DNA from: Blastocatellia bacterium | Lineage (GTDB): Bacteria; Acidobacteriota; Blastocatellia; UBA7656 | Reading direction: 5' to 3' | Assembly (NCBI GenBank): GCA_045807725.1 | Contig: JBJMGV010000089.1 | Coordinates: 4,787-68,786 of the forward strand | DNA: 64,000 nucleotides | Part shown: positions 57,783-64,000 of the stretch, piece by piece | Position numbering within the stretch: the stretch's first letter is position 1 | How the letters are laid out: each line of letters opens with the position of its first letter | The notes under the pieces: model-generated | What the model saw: only the letters and a program-made list of their open reading frames with translations | Databases searched by the model: none | What the model was told of the DNA's origin: nothing | Program-made: the position numbers and the translations under genes

Positions 57783-58501
57783 TCGGCTTGATGAGGAGCC
57801 GTGGCGGGTTCGGTTGATGCGAGATGGCTTTCGACCGCCGCCGACGAGTCGCCGCTTTTGTCAGGCAGCATATCGGGCGCGACGGCGCTGGCGACGGCAG
57901 CGAAGGTTTGACGCGCCAGCTCGCGCGCCTTTGATTTCAATTCCAATCGGCTCGTGCCTTCGGGCAAGCGTTCTACCGCGATGGGCGGGTGATAGGTGAC
58001 GATGAGCTTGGCGGCGCGCGGGAAGAAACGGCCTACCGGCCATATTTTTTCGCCGCCGTTGATTGACACGGGAACGACCGGCACGCCATAGGTCAGCGCA
58101 AAACGGAACGCGCCCATCTTGAACGGCATCAGCTTGCCGTTGCGCGTGCGCCCGCCTTCGGGAAAGATCACCAGCGCGCGTCCGGCCTGTAACACCTCGT
58201 GCGCGGCGCGCTGTGCCGACGCATCGACGCCATCGAGACTCACAGGGAATGCGCCGAAGACGCGCATCATCTGGCCGAGCACCGGAATCTTGAACGGCTT
58301 GTCCCAGGCCATATAATAAATCCGCCGGCGAATCGGCACGGTGATCCAGATCGGGTCGGCGTAGGTCGCGTGATTGGGCGTAATCAGACACGCGCCTTCA
58401 GCCGGGATGTTTTCGACGCCACGAAATTCGGCCTTGAACCAGATGCGGCACAGCCAGCCAACCAACGGTCTGAGCAGATCAATGATGAATTTCATGGCCA
58501 T
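57779..58501 (-). CDS. Lysophospholipid (1-acyl-sn-glycerol-3-phosphate) acyltransferase family protein
   Basis: 240 aa; HX4D block NHATYADP and an FPEGGRT block. Confidence 0.8.
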   Translation of the reverse strand: MAMKFIIDLLRPLVGWLCRIWFKAEFRGVENIPAEGACLITPNHATYADPIWITVPIRRRIYYMAWDKPFKIPVLGQMMRVFGAFPVSLDGVDASAQRAAHEVLQAGRALVIFPEGGRTRNGKLMPFKMGAFRFALTYGVPVVPVSINGGEKIWPVGRFFPRAAKLIVTYHPPIAVERLPEGTSRLELKSKARELARQTFAAVASAVAPDMLPDKSGDSSAAVESHLASTEPATAPHQAD

Positions 58502-58626
58502 TGATGTTTACCCGCGAGGCGCTGAACGACAACCGAAGTCGAAGTCATTAAACACTGTCATCCGTCGCCCGCGCAAGCGGCGCTCTCGCGTAACGCTGAC
58601 GCGCTTCTTGAAGCCGTGAGTCGCGC

Positions 58627-59256
58627 TTGTTAAATTGGAATATGGTTTACGAACGCACCTACGACCATCTTAAAGATGCGCTCTCGCCGCATCTCGACGC
58701 CGACGCGCTCGCCTTCATCCGCCGGGCGTACGAGCTTGCCGCCGCCGTTCACGCGACGCAGATGCGCGACGAAGGCACGCCCTACATCCTTCATCCGCTG
58801 CGCGTAGCGATGTCGCTGGTCGATGAGTTAAAGATTACCTCGCCGACCTTGATCAGCGCGGCCCTGCTGCACGATGTGATCGAAGACAGCCGGGAGCATT
58901 ACGCGCATGGCCAAGTCACGCGCGAAGACATCGCCGCCGCGTTGGGCGAAGAGGTCGCCGAGATCGTCTGGCTGTTGAGCAAATTTGAAGACGTGACGTT
59001 GCCCGCTTACCTCGCCGCGATTGAAGCCGCGGCTTCGACGGGTGCGCCTCTGGTCAAGCTTGCCGACCGCCTCGATAACCTGCGCTTCCTGACGCACTCG
59101 CCGAAAACGGGCAAGATTCACAACTACATTCGCACCACCGAAATCTTCTACTTGCCGATGGCGCGGCGCACCAATCGCTACCTTTACGACGAGCTTGCGC
59201 GCCTTGTCGAAGAGGCTCGCCGCCACCTCGCCGAGATCACCCGCCAGAGGCTCTAA
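58627..59256 (+). CDS. HD-domain protein related to the RelA/SpoT hydrolase domain (small alarmone hydrolase-like)
   Basis: ..GTPYILHPLRVAMSL...AALLHDVIEDS...KLADRLDNLR. The start could be TTG 58627 or ATG 58642. Confidence 0.75.
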   Translation: MLNWNMVYERTYDHLKDALSPHLDADALAFIRRAYELAAAVHATQMRDEGTPYILHPLRVAMSLVDELKITSPTLISAALLHDVIEDSREHYAHGQVTREDIAAALGEEVAEIVWLLSKFEDVTLPAYLAAIEAAASTGAPLVKLADRLDNLRFLTHSPKTGKIHNYIRTTEIFYLPMARRTNRYLYDELARLVEEARRHLAEITRQRL

Positions 59257-59259
59257 AAA

Positions 59260-59292
59260 TCTGCGAAATGGTCGATTTTTCGCAGACTTTTT
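59260..59292 (+). terminator. Rho-independent terminator
   Basis: tctgcgaaa-tggtcgatt-tttcgcaga followed by ctttttg. Confidence 0.75.
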
Positions 59293-59541
59293 GCCCTTTT
59301 CTGGTTTGCGAAAAGGGGCCGAAATAGGGTAAAATTAAGCTTGTAGAAAAAGGCGAAATTGATCCCGCACGCCTCCTTTGCGGCCCACTCAACACGGCAG
59401 CAGGAATGCCGAGCCGAGCGCTCGCTTCGGCCCGTGTTGTGCAGTAGGAGCACGTGGTGGCTGGCCGAGCGGCGGCAGCGAGCCGCCGGGCCAAGAGACC
59501 CCTTAATCATCCGAAGCAGCATTTGACGAAAGAGATAAACC

Positions 59542-62007
59542 ATGGCTGAAGCAGCACAGAAGATACCGATCAATATCGAAGAAGAGATGCGGCGTAGTTA
59601 CCTTGACTATGCCATGAGCGTCATTATTGGACGCGCGCTCCCGGACGCGCGCGATGGCTTGAAGCCCGTGCACCGGCGCATCCTCTACGCCATGCATGAA
59701 ATGGGACTCACCCCAAACAAGCCGTACAAGAAATCTGCCACGGTGGTTGGCGACGTGTTAGGCAAATATCATCCGCACGGCGACTCGGCGGTCTATGACG
59801 CGATGGTGCGTATGGCGCAGGACTTTTCGCTGCGTTACCCGCTCGTCAAAGGGCAGGGCAATTTCGGCTCGGTGGACGGCGACGCGGCGGCGGCCTATCG
59901 CTACACCGAAGCGCGGCTGACGCACATCGCCACAGAGATGCTCGCCGACATCGACAAAGAGACGGTGGACTTCGTGCCGAACTATGACGAGTCGCGCGTC
60001 GAGCCGACCGTCTTGCCAACGCGCTTTCCGAATCTTTTAGTCAACGGTTCGGGCGGCATCGCCGTCGGTATGGCGACCAACATTCCGCCGCACAATTTGA
60101 CCGAAGTCGTCGAAGCGGCGATCTTCCTGATTCAGAATCCCAACGCGCGGCTTTCGACGTTGATGGAGAGAGTGCCCGGCCCGGACTTCCCGACAGGCGG
60201 CTTCATCTACGGGCGCGAAGGCATACGGCAAGCGTACGAGACCGGGCGCGGCACGATCATTATGCGCGCCAAAGCTTCGATAGATCGCGCCGGTCGTAGC
60301 GCCGAGCGTATGGCCATCGTCATCACAGAGATTCCTTACCAAGTCAACAAGGCCAAGTTGATCGAGCGCATCGCCGAGTTGGTTAACGATAAGAAGATCG
60401 AAGGCATCTCGGACCTGCGCGACGAATCGGACCGCGAAGGCATGCGCATTATGATCGAGCTGAAGCGCGATGCTATTCCCGACATCGTGCTCAACAACCT
60501 CTACAAGCTGACGCCGATGCAGCAGACCTTCGGCATGATTAACCTGGCCATCATCAACGGTCAGCCGCGCGAGTTGAAACTGGTTGACACGCTCAACATC
60601 TTCATCGAGCACCGCCGCGAGGTCGTCATCCGCCGCACGCGCTTTGAATTGAAGAAGGCCGAAGCGCGCGCGCACATCCTGGAAGGCTTGAAGAGGGCGC
60701 TCGATCATCTCGACGAAGTCATCTCGATCATCCGCAAGGCGAAGGCGACGGTCGAGGCGCGCGAGGCGTTGATGCTGCGCTTCAAGTTCTCCGAATTGCA
60801 GGCGCGGGCGATTCTCGAAATGCAGTTGCAGAAGCTGACGGGCCTCGAACGTCAGAAGCTGATCGACGAGTACAAGGGGATCATCCAGCTCATCGCCGAG
60901 CTTCAGGAGATTCTCGCCAACGAGTCTGTGCTGCGTAACCTCATCATCAAAGAACTGCGCGAAGTGCAGCGCGAGTACGGCGACGAGCGGCGCACGCAGA
61001 TCATCGAAGCCGGCGCAGAGCTGACGCTCGAAGACTTGATCGCCGACGAAGATATGGCCATCACGGTGACGCATTCGGGCTACATCAAGCGCACGCCGGT
61101 TTCGGTCTACCGCGCGCAACGGCGCGGCGGCACGGGCCGCAAGGGCGCTTCGCTCAAGACCGAGGACGTAGTGGATCACCTGTTCGTCGCCTCGACGCAC
61201 AGCTACGTGATGATCTTCACCAACAACGGCCAGGTCTATAAGCTGAAGGTGCATGAGATACCTGACGCGGCGGCGGCAGGCAAGGGCAAAGCCATCGTCA
61301 ATCTCTTGAATATGCCCAAAGGCGAGAAGGTCGCCGGCATTATTCCCGTGCGCGACTTTGAAGAAGGCCGCTATGTCGTGATGGCGACGCGCAAAGGCAC
61401 GATCAAGAAGACGGCGCTATCGGATTTCGCCAACATCCGACCGAGCGGCATCAACGCGATGGGCATCGATGACGGCGACGAGTTGATCGCGGTCGAACTG
61501 ACCGACGGCAAGAAGAAGATCTTCCTGGCGACGCACGAAGGCATGGCCATCTGCTTTGAAGAGTCGGGCGTGCGCTCGATGGGCCGCCCGGCTTACGGCG
61601 TGCGCGGCATCACGCTCGACAAAGATGATTATGTCATCAGCGTCGCCGCCGTGCCCGATGACATCGAGATGTTATCGATTTCGGAAAACGGTTTCGGCAA
61701 GCGCACGAAGCTCGAAGAGTACCGCTTCCAGTCGCGCGGCGGCAAAGGCGTCATCAACATGAAGACGAGCGACCGCAATGGTCTGGTCGTCGCCGTGCTG
61801 CCGGTCAACGACGAGAGTCAGTTGATGATGATCACCCACCAGGGCAAGATGATCCGCATTGATGCCAGGACCATTCGCGTGTCGGGTCGCTCAACGCAAG
61901 GCGTCAAGCTGATCGATACGTCGGATGGCGATATGGTTTCGTCCGCCTCGTTGATCGAACGTCAGCAGGACGCGACTGAGAACGGCAACGGTGTGGTGGT
62001 CGCTTAA
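59542..62007 (+). CDS. gyrA: DNA gyrase subunit A
   Basis: 821 aa; ..[32 protein letters not shown].., active-site region [10 protein letters not shown], and C-terminal beta-pinwheel repeats. Confidence 0.97.
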   Translation: MAEAAQKIPINIEEEMRRSYLDYAMSVIIGRALPDARDGLKPVHRRILYAMHEMGLTPNKPYKKSATVVGDVLGKYHPHGDSAVYDAMVRMAQDFSLRYPLVKGQGNFGSVDGDAAAAYRYTEARLTHIATEMLADIDKETVDFVPNYDESRVEPTVLPTRFPNLLVNGSGGIAVGMATNIPPHNLTEVVEAAIFLIQNPNARLSTLMERVPGPDFPTGGFIYGREGIRQAYETGRGTIIMRAKASIDRAGRSAERMAIVITEIPYQVNKAKLIERIAELVNDKKIEGISDLRDESDREGMRIMIELKRDAIPDIVLNNLYKLTPMQQTFGMINLAIINGQPRELKLVDTLNIFIEHRREVVIRRTRFELKKAEARAHILEGLKRALDHLDEVISIIRKAKATVEAREALMLRFKFSELQARAILEMQLQKLTGLERQKLIDEYKGIIQLIAELQEILANESVLRNLIIKELREVQREYGDERRTQIIEAGAELTLEDLIADEDMAITVTHSGYIKRTPVSVYRAQRRGGTGRKGASLKTEDVVDHLFVASTHSYVMIFTNNGQVYKLKVHEIPDAAAAGKGKAIVNLLNMPKGEKVAGIIPVRDFEEGRYVVMATRKGTIKKTALSDFANIRPSGINAMGIDDGDELIAVELTDGKKKIFLATHEGMAICFEESGVRSMGRPAYGVRGITLDKDDYVISVAAVPDDIEMLSISENGFGKRTKLEEYRFQSRGGKGVINMKTSDRNGLVVAVLPVNDESQLMMITHQGKMIRIDARTIRVSGRSTQGVKLIDTSDGDMVSSASLIERQQDATENGNGVVVA

Positions 62008-62148
62008 CGTGACGCGGCGACACGGGGACGCGGGGAAAGACGACGCGGCAACGCGGCGACACAGCGACGCGGCGAGGGAAGGACAGAAGAGAGTCGAACC
62101 GCTCCTCTTTCCCCGCGTCGCCGTGTCGCCGCGTCGCCGCGTCGCCCC
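62008..62148. repeat. Tandem-repeat-armed hairpin H9 (GACGCGGC/GACACGGG octamers)
   Basis: About 8 octamer copies on the left (cgtgacgcggcgacacggggacgcggggaaag...). The right arm is ctttccccgcgtcgccgtgtcgccgcgtcgccgcgtcgcccc. Starts 1 nt after the gyrA TAA and ends 10 nt before the next ATG. Confidence 0.88.
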
Positions 62149-62158
62149 ATCAGTCTGT

Positions 62159-62935
62159 ATGTTGATCGTCGTGCTCGCGCTCGCGGTGGCGTGCAAGCGC
62201 GATGCGACGAGCACGCTGGAGCAAGCGACGGCGGCTTGGGACGCGGGCGATTATGCGCAAGCCGCCGAAGCATACGAACGTTACCTCTACCAACACCCCA
62301 CCGGCGAGCTATCGCTAACAGCGCGCTTCAAGCTGGCGAACATTTATTACTTTAACCTGCACCGTTACGAGCAGGCGCGCGCGCATTATCAGGAACTGCT
62401 GCGCCAGGACGCTTCGCATGCGGATGCGGCTGTCGTGCGCGAGCGCCTCGCCGAAGTGCTGGCCGAGCTTGGCCGCATCTATGAAGCGGTCGCTGAGTAT
62501 GAGAATCTCAACCCGTCCAACCCCGACGAACGCCGCCGCATTCGTTTGAAGATCGCCAGCCTCTACTTCGATCAGAAGGACTTCAGCCAGGCGCTCACCG
62601 AATATCAAAAAGTCATTGACACGGCTGAATACGACGAGCTTTCAGAGCAAGCGTATTCACGGCAGGCATCGATCTACGTCACGCGCAGCCAGTATCAGCC
62701 GGCGCTCGACGTGTATCAGAAGCTCGCCGCTAACAGCGCCGACGCGCAGGTGCGGACGCGCGCGCAGTTCGGGCTAGCCGATTGCTACGCCAACCTGTCA
62801 CAGTACGACGAAGCGATCAAGGCGCTGCACACCATCAAAGACGAGCGCGAACACGCTCACGTCGCGCAGCGCATCAATGAGCTTGAACAGCAGAAGCGTG
62901 AAGCGGCGCAGGCCCGCAGCGGATTGCAGCGTTGA
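62159..62935 (+). CDS. TPR-repeat lipoprotein
   Basis: ATG 62159 gives MLIVVLALAVAC (lipobox), followed by TPR-like repeats (..GDYAQAAEAYERYL.., ..QALTEYQKVI..). The track start at 61991 reads through hairpin H9. Confidence 0.7.
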   Translation: MLIVVLALAVACKRDATSTLEQATAAWDAGDYAQAAEAYERYLYQHPTGELSLTARFKLANIYYFNLHRYEQARAHYQELLRQDASHADAAVVRERLAEVLAELGRIYEAVAEYENLNPSNPDERRRIRLKIASLYFDQKDFSQALTEYQKVIDTAEYDELSEQAYSRQASIYVTRSQYQPALDVYQKLAANSADAQVRTRAQFGLADCYANLSQYDEAIKALHTIKDEREHAHVAQRINELEQQKREAAQARSGLQR

Positions 62936-63053
62936 TTGTCGGGTCAGTCATCGCCGAATGAATCGCTTCATTTCTTGACGCCTCCGAGATCGCTGGCCTA
63001 TAGTTGCCAACCGTCATCTCAGGAATCCACCCGCATCGAAACGGAGGCACGCT

Positions 63054-64000
63054 TTGCTCATCAACAGAACCACAAGGCCGCTCCTTGTCGTCGCTCTTTT
63101 TCTCTGCTTTGTGCTGTCGGCGTTTGGTCAGGATAAACAGCCCGCCGCGCCGCAGACAACGCCAGCGCGTCCGAGCAATGCGGCGGGCGTGCAGCTCCCT
63201 TCATCCGCTGATTTCAAAGCGCCGGACAACATCGATTTCCGCGTCGCCAATGTGATGAGCGAAGGCGTGCGGTTGCACGCTGAACTCTTCTCGCTGAAAT
63301 CGCTTTCGGGCAAGCCGCTGCCGACTGTGATTATGGCGCACGGGTGGGGCGGGACGGCGGCGAACTTCCGCCGCGACGCCATTGAGTTTGCCAACGCCGG
63401 TTATCTCGCCATCACGTTCGACTATCGCGGCTGGGGCGAGAGCGATTCGTGCTTGATCCTGGTTGGGCCATCGCCGGTGAAGCCGATTTCGGGACAGAAT
63501 CAAAAGTTCACGGCTGAAGTCACAGAGGTGCGCGAAGTGGTTGATCCGCTCGAACAGACGACCGACTGGTTCAACGTTATCGCGTGGGCGGTGGGCGAGC
63601 CGATGGTGGATAAAGACCGCATAGGCTTGCGCGGCTCCAGCTATTCGGGCGGCCACGTCTTTTACGTTGCGGCGCGCGACCCGCGCGTCAAGGCTGTCGT
63701 CAGTCAGGTGGGCGCATTCAATTCGCGCCTTGTCATTAGCGACGAGCAGCAATGGGCGCTGACCTACAGCGAAGCTACACGGCGAGCGCGCGGCGATATC
63801 GGCTATCCGCCGCCGCGCGCCAAAGTCATCGGCAACCTGATCGGCGCGCCGATCCGCGACAAGATGCTGCAATACGCGCCCGTCGAAGAAGCGGCGAAGG
63901 TGAAAGATTGCGCCGTGCTCTTTATCGTCGCCGAAAAGGAAGAGCTGTTTGATAACAAAGATCACGCCCAGCTTGCTTATGATCGAATGCCGGGGACGAA
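63054..64000 (+). CDS. Secreted alpha/beta-hydrolase-fold protein (partial; continues past the window end)
   Basis: Not in the ORF track. GGAGG at 63043-63047, then TTG 63054. Own translation: LLINRTTRPLLVVALFLCFVLSAFGQ..., HGWGG, nucleophile elbow GSSYSGG. The frame is open to position 64000. Confidence 0.65.
   Translation, partial: MLINRTTRPLLVVALFLCFVLSAFGQDKQPAAPQTTPARPSNAAGVQLPSSADFKAPDNIDFRVANVMSEGVRLHAELFSLKSLSGKPLPTVIMAHGWGGTAANFRRDAIEFANAGYLAITFDYRGWGESDSCLILVGPSPVKPISGQNQKFTAEVTEVREVVDPLEQTTDWFNVIAWAVGEPMVDKDRIGLRGSSYSGGHVFYVAARDPRVKAVVSQVGAFNSRLVISDEQQWALTYSEATRRARGDIGYPPPRAKVIGNLIGAPIRDKMLQYAPVEEAAKVKDCAVLFIVAEKEELFDNKDHAQLAYDRMPGT

Noticed and set aside
36803-63965. Long antisense ORFs inside well-supported genes (for example 36803..37624, 43483..44352, 52760..53779, 56784..57620, 60037..61254, 63201..63965, all minus strand)
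   Set aside because: Each fully overlaps a gene with clear family motifs (GH36-like, nuoC/nuoD, nuoN, lipoprotein, gyrA, alpha/beta hydrolase). The translations are dominated by Arg/His/Asp/Gly/Ala with no motifs. Stop-poor antisense frames are expected at this GC content.

Overview
High-GC (about 60 % by eye) bacterial chromosomal window spanning the replication origin. Gene orientation switches at about 20.7-21.1 kb. Left of that, genes are mostly on the minus strand: a partial S46 peptidase, mnmG, mnmE, jag, yidC, yidD, rnpA, rpmH, then about 10 kb of mixed genes, then parB-parA. Right of it, genes are mostly on the plus strand: atpDC, dnaA, oriC, dnaN, a response regulator, a LytS/LytTR pair with a permease, an RRM protein/DEAD-box helicase/infA cluster, nuoCDHIJKLMN, thrB and gyrA. 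I recognised no rRNA, tRNA, CRISPR array, transposase or integrase. Four things stand out. (1) Nine long intergenic hairpins have arms built from tandem 7-8 nt repeats. Each locus uses a different repeat unit, and each hairpin starts within about 12 nt of a stop codon; three of them sit inside the nuo operon. (2) A block of about 6.3 kb (about 18.8-25.1 kb) has much lower GC, roughly 30-42 % on hand-counted lines against 53-65 % in the flanks. It holds only core origin genes (parBA, parS, atpDC, dnaA, oriC), and its right edge falls inside the intact dnaN ORF. (3) The complex I operon lacks nuoA/B and nuoE/F/G and has several enlarged subunits. (4) Two tandem genes encode small secreted Arg/Glu-rich paralogs of unknown function. 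Lineage cannot be determined from the sequence alone; some features vaguely suggest Acidobacteriota or FCB-like bacteria, but that is a guess. All coordinates and motifs were read by hand and no database search was possible.
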